Positions 51,857 to 61,368 of a stretch of 64,000 bases of DNA are shown here, piece by piece; the stretch's first letter is position 1; each line of letters starts with the position of its first letter. The notes beneath the pieces were generated by a model. That model searched no databases. It had not been told where the DNA came from and saw nothing but the letters and a program-made list of their open reading frames with translations. Source of the stretch: Candidatus Bathyarchaeota archaeon (GTDB lineage: Archaea; Thermoproteota; Bathyarchaeia; Bathyarchaeales; Bathycorpusculaceae); NCBI GenBank assembly GCA_963707955.1, contig OY970176.1, forward strand, positions 192,001 through 256,000, read 5' to 3'. A program made the position numbers and the translations under genes.

Positions 51857-52798
51857 TTATTCGAAGACCCAGGGGTATTTCCTGTGCATCACTTCTGTTA
51901 TCGAGTGTGGAGAGATCATTCCTTCTTCGCATATTATTCCGTGGATGAAGTCTCTTCTGGTCACGTCGAAGGCGGGGTTTCTGACGACGAGGTTCTTAGG
52001 TGCGTCTTTCCAGATCTCGCTGGGACTTCTTTCCTCTATTTTTTCATAGTCTCCGTACATGGTGGCTGGGTCGAATTTGAGGAGTTCGGACACGACGTAG
52101 AAGGGCGTTCGGGCTTCATGGGCGGCGAGGGCAACGATGCTGGTTCCGATCTTGTTTATCACGTTTCCCTCGGATGTTATTGCATCGGCGCCGACGACCA
52201 CGAGGTCGACTTGGTTCATGAAGAACCGTGTTGCTGAGTCTATGATGAAAGTTGTTTTTATGCCCAGTTCGAGGAGCTCTTTCGCTGTGGTTTGTCCCTG
52301 AAATGTGGGTCTTGTCTCTGTGCAGATGACTTCGAAGAGTTTTCCTTCGTGTTTGGCTTTTCTTAGCAGGTTTGTGACTGTTGAAGAGTGGCAGTGCGTG
52401 AAAATTGCGGAGTTGTTCTTGATTCTTCTGGCTCCTATCTCGGCGATTTTCCTGTTTGATTCTTCTAGGTCTGTGAGGAACTGTTCTGACGTTAGTGAAA
52501 CCGTTTCTGCGAGCCTTTTCACGTTTCTCTCTTCGCTCTTTTCAACCTTGTTTATTATCATTCTCAGCGCGTTTCTCATGAGCGGCTCGGTTGCTCTTGA
52601 AGCGAAGAGGGTTTCCTTGGCCTTCAAGAGTTCTCTTAGAAAATCTTTCTTGCTGGGGGCTTCTGTCTGCCCGGCCAGCGTCTGCACTGCTTTTATGGCG
52701 GCGATGGCCACGTTCCTTGCGCCTTGAACTTCGAGCCTTCTTATTCTTTTTGCTGCGGTCTGAATTGGGTCTGACAAGTGCCTCACCTGCAGATACAA
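51857..52798 (-). CDS. Ribose-1,5-bisphosphate isomerase (eIF2B family)
   Basis: QGA..VA, R.TEP, THCHS, ETRP, GADAI, NKIGT, NPAFDVT. Adjacent to form III RuBisCO. Confidence 0.88.
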   Translation of the reverse strand: MYLQVRHLSDPIQTAAKRIRRLEVQGARNVAIAAIKAVQTLAGQTEAPSKKDFLRELLKAKETLFASRATEPLMRNALRMIINKVEKSEERNVKRLAETVSLTSEQFLTDLEESNRKIAEIGARRIKNNSAIFTHCHSSTVTNLLRKAKHEGKLFEVICTETRPTFQGQTTAKELLELGIKTTFIIDSATRFFMNQVDLVVVGADAITSEGNVINKIGTSIVALAAHEARTPFYVVSELLKFDPATMYGDYEKIEERSPSEIWKDAPKNLVVRNPAFDVTRRDFIHGIICEEGMISPHSITEVMHRKYPWVFE

Positions 52799-52863
52799 TT
52801 AGCTTTCTAGTTCTTGAGGGTAGAATAAGCTTTGTGAATTTGTCGTCGTGAGAATCTGCTGTT

Positions 52864-53466
52864 CTATCTTGCGAATCGGTCGTTCTTCCAGACGTCAGCG
52901 GTGTCGCTGTAGCCTAGTTTTTCCCAGTATCCGAGTTCTTTCTTCGCTGTGAACCTTATCTTTGTTACCCATAAAGCGCTCTTGTAACCGTACTTGTCTG
53001 GGACGACGAGTCTGAGCGGGAAACCTGTGCCTTCCTCGAGGGGCCTATCGTCTAGTCCGTAGGCTAGGAGAACGTCTTCGCCGGAAAGCTCTGTCATCGA
53101 AAGCGAGGTTGTGTAGCCGTCGGCGCATTCGAACGTCACGAATCTAGCGGTTTCTTTTGGCCTGATCAGTTCGATTACGTTGCTGAAACGGACGCCTTCC
53201 CATTTGCAGTTGAGGACGCTCCATCCTTCGACGCAGTGGAAATCGCTCGCTGACTGGACTTTTGGAAGTTTGAGGACTTCATCCCATCTCAGCTTGACGG
53301 GTTTTTCGACTTCGCCGCTGACTTCCAGCGTATAGGTTTTTAAGTCGATTTTGGGGTTCGAAGGCGCGATGCCTGGGTGGTCTGTTCCCCATCTTAAGAG
53401 ACGTTTTATCGGTTTTTGGCCGGGAGGCAGCTTTTCAGGCTTGGTTTTGGGTTTCTCTGAAGTCAT
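52864..53466 (-). CDS. Molybdopterin-dependent oxidoreductase (sulfite oxidase-like)
   Basis: LPPGQ, DFHCV.GWS, W.GV, GFPLRLVVP..YGYKSA.W, GYWE..GY. Confidence 0.9.
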   Translation of the reverse strand: MTSEKPKTKPEKLPPGQKPIKRLLRWGTDHPGIAPSNPKIDLKTYTLEVSGEVEKPVKLRWDEVLKLPKVQSASDFHCVEGWSVLNCKWEGVRFSNVIELIRPKETARFVTFECADGYTTSLSMTELSGEDVLLAYGLDDRPLEEGTGFPLRLVVPDKYGYKSALWVTKIRFTAKKELGYWEKLGYSDTADVWKNDRFAR

Positions 53467-53575
53467 CCTTGTTCATGAGGCACTAGAATCGTGTTGGAGA
53501 TAAGGCTTACTAAGATATGATTGACTCGCCCTTTTTCGCGTCCGCTGCTCTGCCGCCTTTTGGTTCTTCTTTTTC

Positions 53576-53760
53576 GTGGAATAGGCTACATCCCTGTGTT
53601 CGCGTTTTGGCCTCGTCTATTTCACCCTCCCCCTCCCCCCTAGGGTACTAGTACTGCACGCAGGCGTTCGTGGAGGCCCTAGTGGATTGGCGCGGGCCTG
53701 AGGTCAGGCGTGTGTTGAAGGCTTCGCAGGGAGTCTGGGCAAGGGTAGTGACCGCGCAAT
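53576..53760. repeat. Dispersed structured repeat family A, copy 2 (inverted relative to copy 1)
   Basis: Reverse complement matches 42791-42975. Confidence 0.85.
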
Positions 53761-53862
53761 GCTCTTCGCCGTTGCACGTCATTTTGTACGCACGCTAATT
53801 GACGAGGGGTTAGCGCGCGTGACTTGAGCTCGTTCCAATCAGCGCAATGGGTAAGTGTATTT

Positions 53863-54480
53863 CTACTTACCGATGGAGCTTGGATAGTTGTACTTATACG
53901 TGATTATTTGCCGAGGTTTGCGCGTCGCTGCTAGCGCGTAACCGATCAGTAATCCAGCGGCCAAGCCGCCAAGGTGTGCAAAAATGTTCACGTCTGGGCT
54001 TAGACTATTTATTATTAACAGGAAGAAAGAAAACAGCAACGCGGTAACTATAGATTGGCCGATGGCGCGGCTGGAGTAGATCGTGGACGCCCCAATAATG
54101 CCGAAGATGGCGCCTGAAGTTCCGATCGACCAGACGTCAGGGCCCATCAGGAGCGTTAGAAGTCCGCCAGCTAAGCCGCTTAGGAAATAGACTGCCAAGT
54201 ATTCTTTGAGGTCAAACAGTTTTTCAGCTCTGAGTCCGAATATCAGTAGGAAGAGCATGTTGCCGACGATGTGTAGGAGGTTAGCATGAATGAAAATGGC
54301 TGTCAAGAGTCGCCAGGCTTCGCCGTTGAGGACTAAAGCGTTGTTCTGTCCGTAGCTCGAGATAACCCAGTCGCTCGTGCCGTTGATGTTCCCGCTTAGA
54401 ATAGACGTGTAACCGTAGACGGCCACGTTTATCGCGATGAGTGTGTAGGTCGGCATGTACGTTTCTGAGTTCTTGAACAT
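53863..54480 (-). CDS. Rhomboid family intramembrane serine protease
   Basis: WRL.T..F.H...H...NM, GTSG, AHLGG. Confidence 0.92.
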   Translation of the reverse strand: MFKNSETYMPTYTLIAINVAVYGYTSILSGNINGTSDWVISSYGQNNALVLNGEAWRLLTAIFIHANLLHIVGNMLFLLIFGLRAEKLFDLKEYLAVYFLSGLAGGLLTLLMGPDVWSIGTSGAIFGIIGASTIYSSRAIGQSIVTALLFSFFLLIINSLSPDVNIFAHLGGLAAGLLIGYALAATRKPRQIITYKYNYPSSIGK

Positions 54481-54486
54481 CCGCTT

Positions 54487-54963
54487 TCAACCTTTGACCT
54501 GCTCGACGATTCTCTGCTTGATCTTTGACGAACTGTCCAGCTTGTCTGAGCTGAACTTGCTGATCTTCACGATTTTTATGTCTAACCCTTTCTTCTTGAT
54601 CGCATCTCTTACTTCCCGCTCCAAGCCGCTGACGTCGCTGTCATGACCAACCGCAACAACATCTGGCCTGATCTTTTCGAGAACCTTCTGCATGCTGAAA
54701 TTTTCATATCCCAGCATAGCCTCGTCAACGACCTTCAGTGAGGCGACGAGCGCGCAACGTTGATACTCGGGCATGACCGGCTTCTTTCCCTTCCTCTTCT
54801 CCACCGTGCTGTCCCGTGCCACAATCACTATGAGCTTGGCGTTCGGACCGCCTGCTTTTTTTGCTTCTTCAAGAAACCGCACGTGTCCCAAGTGCAGCAG
54901 GTCGAACACGCCTGAGGCAAGGACTACTTTGCGCTTCTCGTTTTCTGTGCTTTTTTTGGCCAT
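54487..54963 (-). CDS. ribL: Archaeal FAD synthase (cytidyltransferase family)
   Basis: GVFDLLHLGH, VARD, PD...GHD, SSS.IK. Confidence 0.85.
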   Translation of the reverse strand: MAKKSTENEKRKVVLASGVFDLLHLGHVRFLEEAKKAGGPNAKLIVIVARDSTVEKRKGKKPVMPEYQRCALVASLKVVDEAMLGYENFSMQKVLEKIRPDVVAVGHDSDVSGLEREVRDAIKKKGLDIKIVKISKFSSDKLDSSSKIKQRIVEQVKG

Positions 54964-55214
54964 TCGAAAGTGACCGCTCCTAACATTCTGAGTGCGTCGA
55001 GCAAGCCTTCACAGTAGGCGACAGAAGTTAAGCTGACCTCGGATTTCTTTTTTTCCATGTAATACTTCGCATCTTCAAGGTAGTCTTTAGCGCAGTCCAC
55101 GACCTTTCTCACGTTTTCAACGTTCACACTGAGAGGGTCCCTTGAAACTACTACTTTCGTGAAGACCTGTTCAGCAGAGGTGATGTATTTTGAAGCAAGC
55201 TCATCCAGGCTCAT
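54924..55214 (-). CDS. DUF357 family protein
   Basis: A..Y..DA.YY...Y.EGLLDA.R, in its usual position between dph5 and ribL. Confidence 0.8.
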   Translation of the reverse strand: MSLDELASKYITSAEQVFTKVVVSRDPLSVNVENVRKVVDCAKDYLEDAKYYMEKKKSEVSLTSVAYCEGLLDALRMLGAVTFEWPKKAQKTRSAK

Positions 55215-56030
55215 TCTGCAAGCCTTCTCAAGGTTTCAGGTGCATCCGCTAACACTATTAATGCCTCAGCCTCCATGAAGTGAAGCCTCCCGGGAAAGAT
55301 TAAGCTGTGAGGGGGCTGACCAAAATCATAATCTAGAATGTCCATCACAGACCCTGCCTTGACTCTAGGGTTGCTGCTTCCAGCTCTCCGCAACGCCCAC
55401 AGCAAGCGTATCCATGGTGACTACGTTGTCTTTTCTTTTAGCCTCCGTTTTCGACAACTCTTTCAGGCCGTCGCCTATGCTTAGGTAGCGATTTCCGCTC
55501 ATTTCTATGTCTAGCAAGCAGAGGGTGTGTAGCCCCAGTTCCTTGTTTTGAGCGATGACTTCGTATGGAGTTTCAGATGAACTCTCATCTGGGAAAGGTA
55601 TGGTCACGCTTTTTCCAAACTTGTAGTTGTGCAATCCCGACAGGCCGATTGCTGCCGAAAGTATTGATGCTCCATGGATTATTCGGGTTCTTATCCCACG
55701 TTTTTCAGCTTCGATCCGCAAGGCAACATGAGTCGTTGCGATCATGGGATCCCCTGGAACAAGCAAAACTGCCTTCCCAGCATCCGCCGTGTCCAGAATG
55801 ATTTTTCCGTTCCGTTCTTCAAGGTCTTTCCTCACAACCAATTGAGGTTTCTTACGCGAGAGTTTTTCGAAGAGTTTCATCGAAAAGTCTGGGAGCAGAC
55901 TCGTATACAGCTCGATGAAGACATCGTCCGCCGTCTTCGTTTCCTCCAGTCCTCGAAGACTTATCCCCAAATGATCATGCAAACCAAGTCCAACGAAAAC
56001 CAGCTCACCCAAACCTTTCAACCTCTTCAC
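55211..56030 (-). CDS. dph5: Diphthine synthase, +1 frameshift near 55388
   Basis: FVGLGL, E.YTS, PGDP..ATTH, GL..YKFG, LHTLCLLD, [fs] RAGS, DFG.PPHSLI.PG.LH..E. Confidence 0.93.
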
Positions 56031-56306
56031 AACGGGAATTAAAAGTGGAGACTTAAAGCTTTAGTCTCATATCGACTTCATGCGCTGCAGTTTGATCTAT
56101 GAAAACCAAAGACATAGCTATGTTGTACGAAGGACTAGACACAGAACATCAGCGGAGGCACTCGTTCCCCGATTGAGAATTTGATTCGGAGGCAATTGAG
56201 AAAAGCAAAGAGGAATAAACATAATTGAACATGTGAGGTTTATGCGCGAAAGGATACCGAAAGCTCTAAATTCCCTCCGCTAGTTCTTTTCTGAACGAAA
56301 CCACGT

Positions 56307-56384
56307 GGGCCCGTAGCTCAGTAAGGTTAGAGCGGCGGACTCTTAATCCGTAGGCCGCGGGTTCAATTCCCGTCGGGCCCGCCA
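56307..56384 (+). tRNA. tRNA-Lys(CTT), CCA encoded
   Basis: GGGCCCG acceptor stem, anticodon arm GCGGA-CTCTTAA-TCCGT, T-loop GTTCAAT, ends GCCA. Confidence 0.97.
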
Positions 56385-56494
56385 CTATTTTGGTATGGAA
56401 CCGGGGAGCCCCACTCCCAATTGGGTTCAAGTGCGCTCGTGGTGCGAAGAAATTTTATAAGAATCGGCTGGAGAGATTGGTTTGGGTGCATGGC

Positions 56495-57353
56495 GTGGAT
56501 AAGAGAAAACTGGGAAGGACAGGTCACGAGAGCACGTTGATAACGTTGGGCGGCGCAATCTTCATTTATCCAGTTGACGTGCAAGAGGAGAACGCGTTCA
56601 TCAGATTTGCTTTGGATCATGGAGTAAATCACGTGGATGTAGCGCCTACTTATGGTGATGCAGAAGTCAGATTGGGCAGATGGGTTAAGGAATATCGCAG
56701 AAACCTGTTTCTTGCGTGCAAGACGGATAAGAGAACCAAAAAAGAAGCCGCTGAAAAGTTGCGTCAGAGTCTTCTGAACCTTCAAACTGACTATTTCGAT
56801 CTCTACCAACTTCACGCACTTGACGATCCAAAGGAGCTGGAGATTGCTTTGGGAGAGAACGGTGCGATGGAGAGCTGTACTGGAGGCTAAAGAGCAAGGT
56901 CTGGTCAAATATATCGGTATAACGAGTCACAACCCGCAGACGATCTTGAAGGCGCTGGAATCCTTCGACTTTGACACAGTTCTGCTTCCTGTGAACTGTG
57001 TCCTTCATGCCCATCCTGAACCTTGCAACGATTATGAGCCCGTGCTTGCCCTAGCAGAAAGGAAAGACCTTGGAGTCATAGCTATGAAATCTGTGGCAAA
57101 AGGACCCTGGCCCGGCAAAGAGAAGACATCTAATACGTGGTACCGACCCTTTGATACTCAGGGAGACGTTGACGAGGCTTTGTGGTTCGCACTGTCACAG
57201 AACGTGACTACGGCAACCAGCTCTTCAGACATTCGAATAGCCAGAATGATGATCGATGCGGCTGAGCGCTATGTACCAATGAAAGAAAAGGAGCAACAGA
57301 AACTCCTGAGGAAAGCTTCTGCTCATCAACCTCTGTTCCCTAGCAAATCGTAA
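56495..57353 (+). CDS. Aldo/keto reductase, +1 frameshift near 56870
   Basis: LGRTG, DVAPTYG.AE, LACK, SL..L.TDYFDLYQLH, [fs] G.VKYIGITSH, AMKS. Confidence 0.9.
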
Positions 57354-57942
57354 GCGCGAGCTATCGGACAATCGCGTGCTCTCTCTTTGCTTACTGCTAC
57401 GCGCGCTGAACGTGAATATGAATTTCTCCTGGGCTACCAACGCTCAAGCGTGAATTTATACTAATTTCCCTCCTTTTTTGGAAGTACAGTCTTGAAGTGG
57501 GCTGGCCGCATTCAATTCAAAAGCGGCTAAGCGCGCCCAAAAGTAGAATTTTCTAAGCCAAAAAAGATTGGTCTAAACCAAACTTGTTTCTATACTCCTT
57601 ATGAATGGGACAAGGATGAGTGTGATGTTGCGTGTTTCCCAGTGCTTGGTTGATGGGGCTGTTGAGGGCATCTCCGTGGATTGGATTGAGAAAACCCTTA
57701 CAATCCTCTGAGTGTGTCGTTGAGTTGGGAAACAGTGGAAGCATGGGAATTTCAGAAACAAAGCTTTGAACGGAGAGATTATGGGAAACAGGGCGTTTGC
57801 TTCGGAGACAGTGTGGGAAACCGCTGGAAACGCGCGCGCACAGGCTCAGTGGGTAAAGATAACGTTTAAAATGTGCCTCCTCGACTGAAATGATTAGCGC
57901 GCGCTAGATGAGGCTACAGGACTGGTAGTTGTGCCCTCAATA

Positions 57943-58595
57943 ATGGGAAAGAGATATTCCAAGGATTATTCAGATGAGGAGCTTCGGAAACAAGCTGGTG
58001 ACCTTGAGAATGCCGTCACGATTCCCGTGAACGTGGAAATAAAGCAGATCACAGGGTGCTCAACCTCGGCGAAGTGGAAAGTTACCTGAAAAAGGCGAAG
58101 AAGATCGGTCTTCAAGACTGCGGCTGCCGTGTTGAAAAAGGGAATTGTGATGCTCCTCGGAATGTTTGTATAAGCATAGATCCGTCTGACGATTACTTCA
58201 GTAAGAATGCAGGCTACCGGGCACGTGAGTCTACGCTGAGGGAGGCGCTTGACGCATTGAGGAAGAGTGACGAAGCTGGTCTGGTGCATATGGCGTATAC
58301 GATGAAGGGCGACGACCATGCTACTGTGATATGCAGTTGCTGCCCCTGCTGCTGCCACACCCTAGGTTGGCTTCTGCGTTTTGGAATGGCCACGAAGGTT
58401 CTCACGTCCAAATTTGTCGCAGAAGAGAACTATGAAAAATGTCTGAGGTGCCGTCGATGCGTTGACCGATGCGTCTTCGGGGCTAGAAGCCTTGAGGTAG
58501 GCGAACTAATTTTCGACAGTGCTCGATGTTTCGGTTGCGGTCTCTGCGTCTCAGCTTGTCCTGTGGACGCCATAACCCTGAAACACCGAACCTAG
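57943..58595 (+). CDS. 4Fe-4S dicluster-domain protein, -1 frameshift near 58043
   Basis: TIPVN.EI[fs], C.CR...C, GLVH, ICSCC.CCC, and two CxxCxxCxxxC motifs. Confidence 0.85.
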
Positions 58596-58627
58596 TTTAT
58601 TGAACACGCCAGATAGAAGACCCTCGT

Positions 58628-58957
58628 TCAAGAGCTGAGTATTCGCATGATGTTGAACGAATTGACGAGGACCACTCCGAGGTAGAGCAGAACCAACGCT
58701 AAGGCTGCGCCGTAGACGACTTTCGGTTTCTTGGGATATGAAAAATACAGAACAAAAGGGATGAAGAATGACCAGAGTATTTTAACCCAAAAAGCAAATG
58801 TGGGAAATAACACGTAAAGGGGGTTTGTCTCGTGCTCGAAGAAAAGCCACGTCTGCACTATGTCGACCGCGTTCAGAATTGGAAAGAGAACCAGCCAGAG
58901 TTTGAAGAAATGTAATCTTTCGAACTGCGCACCGGTTTTTTCGGCCATCACCCTCAC
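58628..58957 (-). CDS. Small membrane protein (DUF5658-like)
   Basis: LN..D...T...E.NPL...K pattern, 3 TM. Confidence 0.65.
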   Translation of the reverse strand: MRVMAEKTGAQFERLHFFKLWLVLFPILNAVDIVQTWLFFEHETNPLYVLFPTFAFWVKILWSFFIPFVLYFSYPKKPKVVYGAALALVLLYLGVVLVNSFNIMRILSS

Positions 58958-59615
58958 TGTGTGAAGTGGGAAAAGCCTTCGACTTAACTGTTCTGTACTC
59001 TGGCTAAGTAAGATTTCTAAATAATTCAGATGATGTTTCAGCTTCCACCTCCATCGTCAAGTTCTGCTATGTACCTTCTATGAGACAATGAAGACAGTTC
59101 CGCTTTCCTCGATCCCTGCATAGAATTCCCAAGCGCCAGCATAATTCCAGAAGCTGAAGAGTGAAACCTCCTGCAGGCACTTCAGTTCGTATTGAAAAAA
59201 GACGCCCACGCATAGAAATCAGAGTAGGCAACACAAACACAGTCAGTAACACAACTAAAACCGTAACGATAACATACAACTACTAAACCCGCTCTATTTT
59301 TCTAGTCTAATTGACGGAGTCGAAAAAGCTCTAGTCAAGCTTAAGCTAGATTAGACCTCGCCTTTTTCAAGATTGGAATCCAGAAAGAATTATCAGGATA
59401 TTTCCGTTGGAAATATTCGGCAACAGACTTTTTGATTTCAAAACTGTTCGTTCCATGCCTATCCGGTAAAGTAATCTGTGACCTGTAAAAGTGCGCGCGC
59501 GAAAACTTGTCACACAGCTTTATTTTCGAGTCATAAAAAGGTAGCGCGCGTCTTGGAATGTGTGGGTTGGAGGAAAGAATTAAGACGGTCTTTGATTATT
59601 TATGCATAGGTATAT

Positions 59616-59861
59616 GTGTTGAAGGAAACTGATGGGGCTGAACCGGAGGAGAGGGTTAGGAAGCGAGGGGTCAAGTTCTGTCCCAAATGCGGGTCGACTG
59701 AAGTCTATTGGGCTCGCGGCTTGCCGCAGCTTTGGTCTATGTGGGAATGCAGAAACTGTGGATATTACGGGGCATTCATCGTTGAAGACGGATTGTTGTC
59801 GAAGAAGATTCAGGAAGAATATGCCAAGAAACATCCACCGTCCGACGCAAAGCACGAATGA
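59616..59861 (+). CDS. Zinc-ribbon protein
   Basis: FCPKCGS...W.CRNCGY.G. Confidence 0.75.
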   Translation: MLKETDGAEPEERVRKRGVKFCPKCGSTEVYWARGLPQLWSMWECRNCGYYGAFIVEDGLLSKKIQEEYAKKHPPSDAKHE

Positions 59862-59987
59862 AACCTCTGCTTAGAATCCATCAGCGCACGCTTTGGCCAT
59901 TTTTAACCATTTTCGGAACAACGATGCGCGCTACAACAAACCTTTAACGTCGATATGTTCCTCTTAACTAACTGGTGGTGAGTGTGC

Positions 59988-60098
59988 GTGAGTGTGCGTA
60001 AGTGTGCAAAGTGTGGTAACAATATAGAGCAGGGTAAAGAGGTTGTAAAAGGAACCATATGGAAAAAATACTATCATGCTGAGTGTGCACCTAAATAG
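59988..60098 (+). CDS. 36-aa LIM-like zinc-finger microprotein
   Basis: Below the ORF-track cutoff. (M)SVRKCAKCGNNIEQGKEVVKGTIWKKYYHAECAPK*, C-x2-C-x20-H-x2-C, with upstream GGTGGTG. Confidence 0.65.
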   Translation: MSVRKCAKCGNNIEQGKEVVKGTIWKKYYHAECAPK

Positions 60099-60180
60099 AT
60101 CAATTGTAACGCGCGCGTTATTTGCCAATACAACTGTGATTTCAACAGCGCGCGTTACAGAGATGGACTTGACCCCGTTT

Positions 60181-60206
60181 GGGTTCTAATCCCTCCGGGC
60201 CCGCCA
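60181..60206 (+). mobile_element. tRNA 3'-end remnant (GGGCCCG-acceptor type), possible att site
   Basis: GGGTTCTAATCCCTCCGGGCCCGCCA, 22/26 identical to the 3' end of tRNA-Lys at 56359-56384, same strand. Confidence 0.65.
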
Positions 60207-60501
60207 ATAACAAGGATCTCTCTGATTGGGCGGAAGAAGGTGATGTTTCCTAGCTAAGTTTAGCTGGAAATTTGTCCCAAGCGAGAGTTCAATAGGATGG
60301 ATTTTTGAAGAAGAAAACTCTTCAGTCCGGTATTTCACGTTGCTTGATTTTCTAGACAGAAGTGAGCCCTGCCGAAGTTGCAACAGCCGAAAAAGCAATT
60401 GTCATTTCCCCCGTGGTCAGGAGATTCCTGCAGAATCAAAAGCGAGAAGGCTCTTTTTCTCTTTTGTTACCGAACTCGCCACAAAGACGGCGCGCGCTTT
60501 T

Positions 60502-61368
60502 TTAGGTTACGCGCGCTTTTCGTTCACTGTCAGGGGTCTGTTCAGGTTCAGGCTCTGTGCGATGTGCAAGCTCGTGGCGAGAGAATGTGACAAATAATTT
60601 CATGAGTTCAAATTGCTTCCCGAGATAGTCCAGTGATACTGACGGCAGTAAGCCGAGGAGTTTGTTTCTGATGTTGTTGAACGCGGTCCGAACCATTAGC
60701 GCAATAATAACAAACAAAAGTGCGGCAAGGTAAGGCATGACAAATCCTACAGAGTTGCGTGTGAACACTACCGCTGCACTAAACACTTGAGCAAAAACGA
60801 ATACAGCTGGAGGCATGATGAAAGACAGTACTGCAGTCGAGACGAAGAATGCTATTGACAACAAGAGATAGTATGCGCTTAGCCTCGGAAGCACAGTCTT
60901 CAAGATAGCCAACACATCAAAATCGCCCTTCCCAAAGCCGACGTTGTCCTTAACGGCTTTCGCAAAAACGTCTGCGTTGTGGAAAATCTCGTAGGCTTCT
61001 TCGAACATCATCAAGACGGCACAGATGCTTAGGACAAGAAGAGGAAACACCAACCCCAACTCAAAGATTGCGGCCACCAACCAGAAAAGCCCGCAAAAAG
61101 CCAGATACGGAACGAGAACCAACAAGGTAACGGGACTACTGTATGCTCCTCTTGATTCTAGAAAGGGGTCAAACGCGTTGAATCTCCTGTCAAAGATGCC
61201 AACAGACAAATTCTTTGGGAGGTTTTTTAAAACTCTTGACTTCCGATAAGAATACAGCGCAAATATGAAAGACAAGCAGCCCATCGAAAACAAAACCATT
61301 GACGCTCTAAAAGATGGAACACTAAAAATGGAGTAATCCATAATACCCCCCTCCAACAAATGCCACAT
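60502..61368 (-). CDS. Hypothetical multi-pass membrane protein
   Basis: 288-aa ORF with 5-6 hydrophobic segments. Confidence 0.7.
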   Translation of the reverse strand: MWHLLEGGIMDYSIFSVPSFRASMVLFSMGCLSFIFALYSYRKSRVLKNLPKNLSVGIFDRRFNAFDPFLESRGAYSSPVTLLVLVPYLAFCGLFWLVAAIFELGLVFPLLVLSICAVLMMFEEAYEIFHNADVFAKAVKDNVGFGKGDFDVLAILKTVLPRLSAYYLLLSIAFFVSTAVLSFIMPPAVFVFAQVFSAAVVFTRNSVGFVMPYLAALLFVIIALMVRTAFNNIRNKLLGLLPSVSLDYLGKQFELMKLFVTFSRHELAHRTEPEPEQTPDSERKARVT

